Virus record (IMG/VR): IMGVR_UViG_3300027533_000005
Span: 1 to 50,279 of that record
Source: a virus
Length of the DNA stretch: 50,279 nt
Reading direction: 5' to 3' (one strand)
Positions 15,586 through 24,246 of this stretch are shown piece after piece. Every line of letters begins with the position of its first letter. Within the stretch, counting starts at the first letter, position 1. The notes beneath the pieces are model-generated. The model did no database searches and was not told where the DNA came from. It was given only the letters and a program-made list of their open reading frames with translations. The translations under genes were made by a program, and so were the position numbers.

Positions 15586-15864
15586 ATGCCGAGCCTAAAG
15601 CACATTCACAAATACTACAGAAAGAAGATGGGTAAGAACTACAAGGTCTACGCCTGTGCGCTGCCTGACTGCACGCACTACATCCGTGCGGATATGATCG
15701 TCGGAAAGCGCACGGTGTGTTGGGTCTGTGGTAAAGTCACGCTCGTCTATCAGGATAGCAATGGCGTGTTGGCAAGACCACATTGCAAGTCCTGCACGAA
15801 GCGTAAGACAGAGGACGAGCCAATCGATCTTCCACCTCTTATGATTCCGGAGATCATAGCATGA
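15586..15864 (+). CDS. Zinc-finger protein (92 aa)
   Basis: Internal Met (MPSLKHIHKYY...) of ORF 15412..15864; multiple CxxC pairs. Confidence 0.45.
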   Translation: MPSLKHIHKYYRKKMGKNYKVYACALPDCTHYIRADMIVGKRTVCWVCGKVTLVYQDSNGVLARPHCKSCTKRKTEDEPIDLPPLMIPEIIA

Positions 15865-16007
15865 CTGTCAAGGAGTTGAAAGAAGCTATCGATCATCTTC
15901 CTGATGACATGGAAGTTGTGGTAGCTGACTCCCAATGGGGAGATGACAGTTTGGTTACAATAGAGGTTGTAACGGTGAAGGAACGAATCTATCTGAGGTT
16001 ATTCTAA
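15861..16007 (+). CDS. Small protein (48 aa)
   Basis: ATGA and TAATG coupling at both ends; translated by hand. Confidence 0.35.
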   Translation: MTVKELKEAIDHLPDDMEVVVADSQWGDDSLVTIEVVTVKERIYLRLF

Positions 16008-16852
16008 TGCCAGTTACACTTGACGCTATGACAATGGGCGACAAATTAACTTGCCTGTTCAAAGGAGATCCAGGGACAGGCAAGACTATTGCAGCAGCCA
16101 GTTTCTCGAATGGTGCAGACGATATCTACTTTTTCGATCTCGACCAGAGGATGCGCCCGTTGTTGCTGCACTTTGGACATCCAGACTTGAAGAGCTACAA
16201 GGATCACATCAAGTTTGATACCTATGCAGGAGCTACGGCGTGGGCGGACCTCTGCACGAAGCTGGACGGACTCATCTCCTACAATCCATACGCTGCTATC
16301 TGTATGGACTCATTAACTGCGTTGTCGCGTATGCTCATTTCCTTCATGCTCGCTTCGAGAGGAGAGCAAGGGAAGCAAAAGCTAAAGAGAGGCGGCGTCG
16401 CGCTTACGCAGATCGAAGACTACTCAGGCGAAGCAAACGGTATCAATCAAGTCATCGACGCACTGAGGGTCATCAGCGACAACGGTAAGAAGTGCCACTA
16501 CATTATGACGGCACACGTGATCCAAACTTCTGAGAAGTCTAGAGAAGGTAAGATCAGCCTCTCCAGATTCCTGGTGAACAGTGGCGCAAAGAAGACGGTC
16601 GCTGAGCTACCTGCCTACTTCGATGAGGCGTGGCACTTCGACGTCGGACTGGGCCAAACAGGGCGCGCCCAATACCGAGTACTGACGCACAACATCGGAA
16701 CGGACTGGGCTAAGACTGCATTGCCTCTACCGGATGAGATTGACTTCACTGCTTATCCGAAAGAGGAAGACTTCAACAAGAAACACGGGCTGCTGTATCC
16801 TATGATTCAACAGCACGTCAAGACACATAGCGAGAGTGATACATGGGCGTAA
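16007..16852 (+). CDS. RecA-fold ATPase, Sak4-like recombination protein candidate
   Basis: Walker A GDPGTGKT, Walker B-like AICMDSLT, size and position next to the nuclease and an SSB-like gene. Confidence 0.6.
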   Translation: MPVTLDAMTMGDKLTCLFKGDPGTGKTIAAASFSNGADDIYFFDLDQRMRPLLLHFGHPDLKSYKDHIKFDTYAGATAWADLCTKLDGLISYNPYAAICMDSLTALSRMLISFMLASRGEQGKQKLKRGGVALTQIEDYSGEANGINQVIDALRVISDNGKKCHYIMTAHVIQTSEKSREGKISLSRFLVNSGAKKTVAELPAYFDEAWHFDVGLGQTGRAQYRVLTHNIGTDWAKTALPLPDEIDFTAYPKEEDFNKKHGLLYPMIQQHVKTHSESDTWA

Positions 16853-17100
16853 AGATTCTATACGACGGCGACAACGAGCACGCTGCACTGTATTGCAGCA
16901 CTTCAGAGGTAGCGTTCGGCCCGATCTTCCACGACGATCACGGTCATGACGCTCGTGATAGGGCTGAGCTTTTCCTCAAGTGGCTCGGTGCGCGCGACGC
17001 TCGTCAGTTCACCGATAAGGCGCTGCTTGATCTCTACGGCCAGTGGGCGGCGCAAGAGATCGATCAGTGGAGAAAGGAGGATGGTGAAGATGTAGAATAA
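16843..17100 (+). CDS. Hypothetical protein (85 aa)
   Basis: ORF track. Confidence 0.45.
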   Translation: MGVKILYDGDNEHAALYCSTSEVAFGPIFHDDHGHDARDRAELFLKWLGARDARQFTDKALLDLYGQWAAQEIDQWRKEDGEDVE

Positions 17101-17159
17101 CCTTCGACCCGACTGACCTGTAACCTGAATTAACCTGACCTGAAAGTGAGACAAGTTTT

Positions 17160-17540
17160 ATGAAGATGAAGTTTACGGCTGACACTCTCCGCGGTAGCAT
17201 GGTTCTCGATCCCAACTGGTACGCTGCAATCGTGCGTGCGGTGGAGATCAAGGCAGCCAAGACGGACGCCTCGACGAACTGGAACTATCGGTTCGAGATT
17301 CTCTCCGGCAAGTCCCGCGACGGCAAGGACTACACCGGAACGATGGTGTATCGCCTGTTCAACGAGAAGGCGCTGGGTTTCGCGCGCCCCTTCGTCGAGG
17401 CTCTCGGCATCACCATCAAGGAAGATGACGAGTTCGATCCCAACACCGCGGTGGGCAAGAAGCTCATGATCTACGTGAAGAACCGCGAGTACGAGGGCAA
17501 GCTCCAGAACGAGGTCGCGGACTTCCGTCCGATCGGCTGA
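17160..17540 (+). CDS. Putative ssDNA-binding protein (DUF669-like by memory)
   Basis: 126 aa, placed next to the Sak4-like ATPase as in known phage recombination modules; followed by a strong terminator. Confidence 0.45.
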   Translation: MKMKFTADTLRGSMVLDPNWYAAIVRAVEIKAAKTDASTNWNYRFEILSGKSRDGKDYTGTMVYRLFNEKALGFARPFVEALGITIKEDDEFDPNTAVGKKLMIYVKNREYEGKLQNEVADFRPIG

Positions 17541-17548
17541 GTGTGGTT

Positions 17549-17589
17549 ATCGGGTCGGGACATAAAACATCCCGGCCCGATTCTTTTTT
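17549..17589 (+). terminator. Rho-independent terminator
   Basis: ATCGGGTCGGGA-loop-TCCCGGCCCGAT hairpin followed by TCTTTTTT. Confidence 0.75.
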
Positions 17590-17603
17590 CGCAGGGAGAT
17601 AGC

Positions 17604-17771
17604 ATGACAGACGAACAGAAGAAGTCGATCGAGGAACTGGAAGAACTCGAGAAAGCTCAGCAGGCCGAAGAGGAAGCTGAGGAGAACGACGAACAGGATG
17701 AGGACGACGACGAGGATTTCGACGACGATGACGACGAGGAAGAGGACGAAGAGTCCGACGTCGTAGAGTAA
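17604..17771 (+). CDS. Hyper-acidic small protein (55 aa, 34 Asp/Glu)
   Basis: GGGAG SD; MTDEQKKSIEELEELEKAQQAEEEAEENDEQDEDDDEDFDDDDDEEEDEESDVVE. Confidence 0.5.
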   Translation: MTDEQKKSIEELEELEKAQQAEEEAEENDEQDEDDDEDFDDDDDEEEDEESDVVE

Positions 17772-17974
17772 TAAGGTCTCCGGGCTGACTATTAGAGCGT
17801 GTTCACCCACGCAAGCGTCGATCTAGTACAAAGCCTTTCAGCCGTGTGGTCCCGAGCGGTTGGAGATTCGGGACAACTTTTGAGCCGGGGGCCAAGTGGA
17901 TGGTATGTGGGCAGTGGCACAGCAGTAACCATCTCGTAACGAGGAAGCCATACCCCGGTATTTTTGGAGGCCTC

Positions 17975-19243
17975 ATGAAGCTAGCGATTGAGACAATACA
18001 AGTCAAGGAAGAACCTATTGACGAGGCCGAGGTTCAGAACCTAGCTGAGTCTTTCAAGGAACGCGGTCAGATACACCCCATAGCTGTTCACCAAATGAAC
18101 AGCAGCGTAGTCCTTATTACAGGACGCAAGCGTCTTGCAGCAGCCAAACTACTGGCATGGCAAGAGGTTGACTGTGCAATCTACGAGAACCTCACAGAAA
18201 ATCAGATAGAAGAGATTGCGCTGCACGAGAACCTGAAGAGGTACAACCTGCCTTGGACTGAGGAAGTCCTAATGGTCGAGAGGTTGCATCTGCTCAAGCA
18301 GCTCATCTATGGCAAGCCACCTGAACAGGGTGGCGGACATCAAAAGACAGGCTGGAGTGTCAGAGACACCGCAGCCGCGCTCCAGCAGGCACTCGGTAAA
18401 ACCTCCCAAGACCTACAACTAGCTAGGCATGTTAGGCTCGACCCTTCGCTGTCTAAGGTGAAGGACAAGCGCACTGCAATGCGTCTGGTCAAGATCGCAG
18501 TGAAGCGATTCGACGACGAAGAGCAGGCAGGTGCGGCCGATTTCGGGATGAAGATGAACCAACTGTTCTGTGGTGATTCGGCAGTCGCCATGAAACACTT
18601 CCCAGACAATACCTTCCATGCCTGTATCACTGATCCGCCTTGGCTCAGATTCTTTGATTCAACTTTGCGACTCGATGAACGAACAGTGCCCGTATTTCGG
18701 GAGCTGTATAGGGTCATGCGTTATGATAGTTTCGTCTACATCTTCTGTGGATTTGACGATTATCACTACTACGCTGGGCGCACAGAGCCAGACCCTATAC
18801 TACCGAGCGAGACCAGAAGAATACCTGGAGTCCTTGAAGACATCGGGTTCCGTGTGGCAAAAACTCCTCTCTTCTGGAGAAAGCTCAAGAGCTTGTCCCG
18901 TAGAGGCGTTACTCCATGGGAGCACGGACGGGATTTCGAACTCATTACGGTTGCTGTCAAAGGGAATCCAGTCCTGAAAGGCGGGACGCAGGATACCTCA
19001 TTCTTTGACGTGGACGCCGTCCCACCTGTGAAGCTCATTCATCCCAACGAGAAGCCTGTTGACTTGATGAAGAAGCTCCTCGATGAATGCACTCATGAGG
19101 GTAATGCAGTCATCGACCCCTTTGCAGGTTCCTTCTGCGTGCCAGACGCTTGCAAACAAATGAAGCGTTACTGGATCGGAATAGATAGGGATCAAGAATC
19201 GTATTCGAGAGGTTGCAAGCGTCTAGGAATTGAGGAGCAGTGA
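17975..19243 (+). CDS. ParB-N (ParB/Srx) domain fused to a beta-class N6A/N4C DNA methyltransferase
   Basis: GRKRLAAAKLL (ParB box II-like). Motif IV ITDPPW precedes motif I VIDPFAGSF (beta-class order). Start taken at the ATG at 17975 with a GGAGG SD. Confidence 0.8.
   Translation: MKLAIETIQVKEEPIDEAEVQNLAESFKERGQIHPIAVHQMNSSVVLITGRKRLAAAKLLAWQEVDCAIYENLTENQIEEIALHENLKRYNLPWTEEVLMVERLHLLKQLIYGKPPEQGGGHQKTGWSVRDTAAALQQALGKTSQDLQLARHVRLDPSLSKVKDKRTAMRLVKIAVKRFDDEEQAGAADFGMKMNQLFCGDSAVAMKHFPDNTFHACITDPPWLRFFDSTLRLDERTVPVFRELYRVMRYDSFVYIFCGFDDYHYYAGRTEPDPILPSETRRIPGVLEDIGFRVAKTPLFWRKLKSLSRRGVTPWEHGRDFELITVAVKGNPVLKGGTQDTSFFDVDAVPPVKLIHPNEKPVDLMKKLLDECTHEGNAVIDPFAGSFCVPDACKQMKRYWIGIDRDQESYSRGCKRLGIEEQ
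18081..18105. repeat. 25-bp palindrome family member 5 (TAGCTGTTCA-ccaaa-TGAACAGCag), inside the ParB-N coding region
   Basis: Perfect 8-bp arms; encodes IAVHQMNS. Confidence 0.85.
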
Positions 19244-19704
19244 TGATTAAGATTAAGAAGAGCTCAACAGCTGATACTCGTACTTGTGATTTCAAGAATG
19301 TCAGCATAAAGACTTTACTTGAAAGCTCATGCCAGCACATCGATGACGTGCGCGCCGCACTCAACTTTTTTGTACAGAAAGTTGAGGAAGCTGCACGAGT
19401 TCATGATAGTGACAAAATCTCAAACATCAAGGGCTTTCATGCTGATTTCCTGACAGGATTCAAGGAGACAACATGGTGGGATGAGCATCGCAAGATTAAT
19501 CGTCATCACCTCAACATGGAAGACGGCATACCTGCTGATGTTAATCTTATCGACGTACTAGATTACATTGCAGACTGCGTCATGGCAGGTATGGGGCGCA
19601 CCGGAACTGTCACGCCATTAGATGTCAATCCTGTCATGTTAATGCGTGCGTTTAGCAATACCATTGAGCTTCTCAAAGAACAAGTTGTGGTTGAGGAACA
19701 GTAA
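19240..19704 (+). CDS. Hypothetical protein with His/Asp motifs (HDSDK...HRKINRHH); possible HD-like hydrolase
   Basis: ORF track; motif reading only. Confidence 0.4.
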   Translation: MMIKIKKSSTADTRTCDFKNVSIKTLLESSCQHIDDVRAALNFFVQKVEEAARVHDSDKISNIKGFHADFLTGFKETTWWDEHRKINRHHLNMEDGIPADVNLIDVLDYIADCVMAGMGRTGTVTPLDVNPVMLMRAFSNTIELLKEQVVVEEQ

Positions 19705-19973
19705 TGTTCTGGGAGATCCTTCCATGGTGTATCTCGGCTATCACTGCGACGTCGATGTGGCTAGCAGGAAGCAAGTCGCGGCACGCATGGACAGTGAGCC
19801 TGTGCAATCAGGTGCTGTGGGCGACGCTGATGATTCACGCAAAGCTCTGGGGTCTGTTGCCTCTGAGCATCCTACTAACGATCATATACACAAGAAACTG
19901 GATTAGGTGGCACAATGAGGCGAAGTCAATTCAACAGCAAAACCTTTTACGATCTACTGAAGGACGCGGGTGA
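19704..19973 (+). CDS. Small membrane protein (about 3 TM segments)
   Basis: ORF track; hydrophobic, Trp-rich. Confidence 0.4.
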   Translation: MFWEILPWCISAITATSMWLAGSKSRHAWTVSLCNQVLWATLMIHAKLWGLLPLSILLTIIYTRNWIRWHNEAKSIQQQNLLRSTEGRG

Positions 19974-20274
19974 GCTTCATGCTCTGAAGGCTCACGACTA
20001 CACCAACGACGCAGATCCTTATGGGAATTACAAGTTCGCAGGGATGATGTCGAAGATGTTCGATGACCCAGACGATGCTGGGTTCATTGGTCGTATCGGT
20101 GAGAAGCTCTACAGGCTAGCAAACCTACAGAACAATCGCAAAGAACCAAAGAACGAAGCCATCGAGGATACTGAGCGCGACCTCTGTGTGCTCATGGTTC
20201 TCTGGATGTCAATGCGTAAAGACCGACGCAAGACAGAAGTAATCGAGGCTACCGTTGGAAGTCAACAAACCTAA
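19915..20274 (+). CDS. Hypothetical all-alpha protein (DUF1599/MazG-like by memory)
   Basis: HDYTNDADPYGNYKF...GFIGRIGEKLYRLANL pattern. Confidence 0.35.
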   Translation: MRRSQFNSKTFYDLLKDAGELHALKAHDYTNDADPYGNYKFAGMMSKMFDDPDDAGFIGRIGEKLYRLANLQNNRKEPKNEAIEDTERDLCVLMVLWMSMRKDRRKTEVIEATVGSQQT

Positions 20275-20458
20275 CGATTATGAATGGGCTTTGGAACGTG
20301 TGACGAAAATGTGCGCTTCCGCGCTCGTCGATGCTCAAATCTATCGTCAGAAACTCCTAAAAGGTTTTGGGTATCCTGACGAGACATTCCGTTCAGCGCA
20401 GGATTACCGAGCCTTAAGTATCATCCTCCAACGGCTAGCTGATTTGGAGGAGAAATGA
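20255..20458 (+). CDS. Hypothetical small protein (TTG start)
   Basis: ORF track. Confidence 0.35.
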   Translation: MEVNKPNDYEWALERVTKMCASALVDAQIYRQKLLKGFGYPDETFRSAQDYRALSIILQRLADLEEK

Positions 20459-22917
20459 TTAAGCCACGTTACGTACCAGGCATTGGACCAATAGGTGCGC
20501 GGCTTGCCATCGTCGGTGAGGCGCCGGGCGCGCAAGAGGACCAAGAGGGTAAGCCCTTTGTTGGTGCGGCTGGAGAATTGCTCAACGGATTTCTACGTGA
20601 AGCAGGTATCAACAGGAACGATTGTTACGTCACCAACGTGGTGAAGTTTCGTCCACCTGAGAACGACCTGAAGCGGTTGAATGAGATAGGCGTGTCGCTG
20701 GCAGACTCCACGGTAGAGCTGTTCGACGAGCTACATGCACTCAAGCCCAACTGCGTCCTTGCCCTGGGGAATACAGCACTTCATGCACTGACGAACAAGA
20801 CAGGTATCAAGGTATATCGTGGCTCAGTTCTGAGGAGTTCGGACTTCAAACTGAAGGTTGTCGCGACCTACCATCCCGCGCACCTGCTTCGTCAAGCTGG
20901 CTCTGAGGTCATGGACTACGCGGCGCGGGCTTACGTGAGTCTAGACTACGCGAAGGCCGCACGGGAGAGCTTGACTCCCGAGTACCACGTCCCAGATCGC
21001 CTGTTGAATGTGTGTCGTAACAGCCTGGAACTGTATAGGTTCAAGCGACAATACGCAGACAAGACCAAGGTAGCGGTCGACATCGAGACATACAAGACGA
21101 TCCCTACCTGCATTTCGTTTGCCTTTACTCGCTACCATGCTATGTCAGTTCCGCTCATTAACATGGTGAGCGAGAACAAACCAGAGTGGGTGCCTCGACA
21201 TGAACTGGAACAGATGTGGGAATTCGTGGCGAGTATCCTTAATGACCCTAAATACGAACTCATCGGCCAGAACTTTAAGTTCGATGACGCCAAACTACGA
21301 TCGCCTTGCTGTTTCAGACCAGCGAATATATACGCTGATACGATGCTCATGGCGCACACGCTCTACCCGGAGTTTCCTCTTGGTCTTGCTTTTCTCGCGA
21401 GCATTCATACGGATGAACCGTATTACAAAACAGAGGGTAAGGAGTTCGATCCTCGAAAGGACACATACGACAGGCTCTACCTCTACAACGCTAAGGACGC
21501 GGCGATTACTTTTGAAGTATTCGAGGAGCAAGATAAAGAACTCGACGAAGTTGGACTCAGATCTTTTTACTACGACTTCGTAAACAAGTTTCATTGTGCC
21601 TATCGAGACATGGAACAGGTGGGCCTGTTGCTGGATGTCGATAGGAATAAAGAGCTAAAGAAAAAGTATAGAGCTGAATTGAAGGAAGCTCAATCACGGC
21701 TGGATACAGCCGTGGGAAGGCATATCAATGTCGCTTCTCCGAAACAAATCAACGACTTACTATATCGTGATATGGGTCTCCCCCTCCGCAAGGATACGAG
21801 CGAAGATACAATCGTTGCTCTCCAGAACAATGTTTGTAAGGTCGAATCTGACAAGCAAACGCTCGGAGACATTCTCCTCGTACGTCGCATTCGAAAAACC
21901 TTGGGAACTTATCTCGAAGCAAGACCTGACGTTGATGGACGATTTAGAACTAGCTATCGAATCGTTGGTGCGGAAACTGGACGAACTTCAACAACAATCC
22001 TCAGAGCGCCCGTAAGGTTCTTCAAGAGTGGCCTTGCTTTCCAAACGATGACGAAGCACGGCGATACAGGTTCCGATCTACGTAGCCAGTTCGTCGCTGA
22101 CCCTGGCTACGTGTTCGTTGAGATTGACAGTAGCCAAGCAGAAGCGCGCGTCGTTGCTCTGCTCGCCAACGATTTAGAATTGCTCAACCTGTTTGATACT
22201 ACTGATGTGCATCGGATGACAGCAGGTTGGATCTTTAATTGCAGACCTGAGAAGGTAACGTATGAGCTTCGGTTCGTTGGAAAGACAACAAGACACGCAG
22301 GGAACTACGGCATGCGTAAGGGACGACTCATGCAAATCATCAACACGGATGCTAAGAAGTTCCACATCGATATACAAGTTAGCGAATGGAAAGCAGGACA
22401 GATACTCGACGCTTTCCATAACTTTTCACCGAAGATCCGTGACGTTTTCCATGCTGAGGTTATACAAGCCCTGCACAACAGTGACAGGATTCTCATTAAC
22501 CCTTTTGGCAGACGACGTCAGTTCTTCGGTCGCTTCGATCACGAGTTGGAGAGAGAGTCGTTTGCTCAGATTCCTCAGTCGACGATTACTGATAACACGA
22601 AGCGCGCGCTCCTCGCCATTAGGGACAGAACTGCTGGTGATGTTCGAATTTGGGGAGAGTTCGCTAGCACTACAGGAATATGTGTTGAGGCACACGATGC
22701 CCTTGTCGGACTCGTTAAAGAAACAGAGATCGATCTCTATTTGAGCTACGCAGTACCGGCTTTCGAGATGCCGATTGATTTCTCACAGTGTACTCTGCCA
22801 CGGGGAACTATAAGTATCCCATGTGAGGTGAAGGTTGGACGGAACTATAAGGACTTGAAAGACTATGTCGTGGCTCGACGAAGTGATGCAGTCGTCAGCG
22901 GAAGTCGAGAGCCCTAA
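20455..22917 (+). CDS. Family A DNA polymerase with 3'-5' exonuclease domain and an N-terminal family-4 uracil-DNA-glycosylase-like domain
   Basis: UDG4 motifs GEAPGAQEDQEGKPFVGAAGELL and YHPAHLL. Exo motifs VDIET, NFKFD, YNAKD. Pol motifs A (EIDSSQAEARV), B (RFVGKTTRHAGNYG) and C (EAHDA). Confidence 0.9.
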   Translation: MIKPRYVPGIGPIGARLAIVGEAPGAQEDQEGKPFVGAAGELLNGFLREAGINRNDCYVTNVVKFRPPENDLKRLNEIGVSLADSTVELFDELHALKPNCVLALGNTALHALTNKTGIKVYRGSVLRSSDFKLKVVATYHPAHLLRQAGSEVMDYAARAYVSLDYAKAARESLTPEYHVPDRLLNVCRNSLELYRFKRQYADKTKVAVDIETYKTIPTCISFAFTRYHAMSVPLINMVSENKPEWVPRHELEQMWEFVASILNDPKYELIGQNFKFDDAKLRSPCCFRPANIYADTMLMAHTLYPEFPLGLAFLASIHTDEPYYKTEGKEFDPRKDTYDRLYLYNAKDAAITFEVFEEQDKELDEVGLRSFYYDFVNKFHCAYRDMEQVGLLLDVDRNKELKKKYRAELKEAQSRLDTAVGRHINVASPKQINDLLYRDMGLPLRKDTSEDTIVALQNNVCKVESDKQTLGDILLVRRIRKTLGTYLEARPDVDGRFRTSYRIVGAETGRTSTTILRAPVRFFKSGLAFQTMTKHGDTGSDLRSQFVADPGYVFVEIDSSQAEARVVALLANDLELLNLFDTTDVHRMTAGWIFNCRPEKVTYELRFVGKTTRHAGNYGMRKGRLMQIINTDAKKFHIDIQVSEWKAGQILDAFHNFSPKIRDVFHAEVIQALHNSDRILINPFGRRRQFFGRFDHELERESFAQIPQSTITDNTKRALLAIRDRTAGDVRIWGEFASTTGICVEAHDALVGLVKETEIDLYLSYAVPAFEMPIDFSQCTLPRGTISIPCEVKVGRNYKDLKDYVVARRSDAVVSGSREP

Positions 22918-24052
22918 GCAATGGATTTGGTGGTCAGCTATCAGTGCAATCGCAGCAGTGAGTGGTAGCAATGTCTTTCTGGACAAACACTACTACAAGC
23001 TGTCACCTAATCTGTTCGTCATGCTCCTTGGTAAGAGTGGTCTAGGTAAAGGGTGGCCCATATGGTTAGCTAAAGAGCTAGTCACTGTAGTAGATACTAC
23101 CAGGGTTATCTCTGGTCGTAACTCCATACAGGCAGTAGTGAAAGAGCTAGGGACAATTACAACGCGCAACGGCAAGCCAGCAATACCGGACTCAAGAGGG
23201 TTCTTAGTATCTGGCGAGTTCGTAAACTTTGTGATTCAAGACCCACATTCACTGTCAATCCTTACTGAATTGTATGACACCCACTATAACAAAGAGTGGA
23301 AGAATACACTAAAAGGCTCAGGGATTGACACGCTCAAGAATGTATGTCTGACCATGTTGGGCGCGTCCTCTCCGCCCCACTTCCGGGAGGTTGTACATGC
23401 CAAGGACATCGAAGGTGGTTTCCTTGGTAGAACGCTGATGGTATACGAAGAGACCAGAGGATTCATCAATCCGTTGCTGGAGAAGCCGGACAAACTATTT
23501 GACCCACTACATGCAGCGGAGTATCTGGTCGAAGTTTCCAAGCTGAGAGGAGAGTTTAGTTACTCCGATGGTGCTAAGAGGATATACAGTTCTTGGTACT
23601 ACGATTTGCGCGCCCGAGATACGGCAGACAAAACAGGCACGGTCCAACGTGTGCATAACCACGTTGAAAAAACGGCGATGTGCCTCGCGATGGCGCGCGA
23701 CCTGACGCTGGAGATCCAGCCTCAGGATATAGATAAAGCTATCGAGGTCTGTACAACGCTACTTACACATGTAGACAAGGTCATGCAAGGGTCGGGAGGG
23801 AAGTCGGAGATCTCGCAAGAGCAAGTAATGGTCTTGCAACTTCTCCTGAAGTCCCCAGACTATGAGCTGACTAGAACAAAGGTTTTACAGAAGCTATTTG
23901 GAGATGTAGATAGCTTCGTGTTGAACAGAGTCATCGAGACTCTGAGTGAGGCCAAGGCGGTAGTTGCTACGACACGCGGGGGTCATACGTATTACAAGCT
24001 GACACCAGGGTATCTGAAGCAGCTTGAAGAGTGGAAGAGGATTAAGAAATGA
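22865..24052 (+). CDS. P-loop-like protein (possible DUF3987/helicase-like replication protein)
   Basis: LLGKSGLGKGW is a deviant Walker A; follows the polymerase; the function call is weak. Confidence 0.4.
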   Translation: MSWLDEVMQSSAEVESPKQWIWWSAISAIAAVSGSNVFLDKHYYKLSPNLFVMLLGKSGLGKGWPIWLAKELVTVVDTTRVISGRNSIQAVVKELGTITTRNGKPAIPDSRGFLVSGEFVNFVIQDPHSLSILTELYDTHYNKEWKNTLKGSGIDTLKNVCLTMLGASSPPHFREVVHAKDIEGGFLGRTLMVYEETRGFINPLLEKPDKLFDPLHAAEYLVEVSKLRGEFSYSDGAKRIYSSWYYDLRARDTADKTGTVQRVHNHVEKTAMCLAMARDLTLEIQPQDIDKAIEVCTTLLTHVDKVMQGSGGKSEISQEQVMVLQLLLKSPDYELTRTKVLQKLFGDVDSFVLNRVIETLSEAKAVVATTRGGHTYYKLTPGYLKQLEEWKRIKK

Positions 24053-24246
24053 GGTTATTCTTGGCAGACGAAAAGATTGAATTGCCGGAAGTTGCAGTGC
24101 TTGAGAAGCTCGAAGTTTGTGTTGCGCTTCTCAACCATATGCGACAGAACAAGAGCAATGTGGATGGTAGAGGTCTTTCGATCGCTATCACCCACATCGA
24201 AACTGCTGCGCTCTGGGTCAAGGACGCGGTACGCGAGGAAGGCTAG
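24049..24246 (+). CDS. Small helical protein (65 aa), last rightward gene
   Basis: ORF track; ATGA overlap. Its 3' end overlaps the convergent 994-aa gene by 29 bp. Confidence 0.4.
   Translation: MRLFLADEKIELPEVAVLEKLEVCVALLNHMRQNKSNVDGRGLSIAITHIETAALWVKDAVREEG

Noticed and set aside
17884-17960. tRNA-like 76-nt element (GCCGGGG...CCCCGGT could pair as a 7-bp acceptor stem)
   Set aside because: I could form no D-arm, anticodon arm or T-arm (no GTTCRANYC-type loop). It is better explained as a long imperfect hairpin in the leader of the ParB-MTase gene.
17846-17974. GTG start at 17846 for the ParB-MTase ORF
   Set aside because: The extension encodes a Trp/Gly-rich, non-protein-like peptide, has no SD and overlaps strong RNA structure. 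The ATG at 17975 has a GGAGG SD and begins the ParB-N domain.
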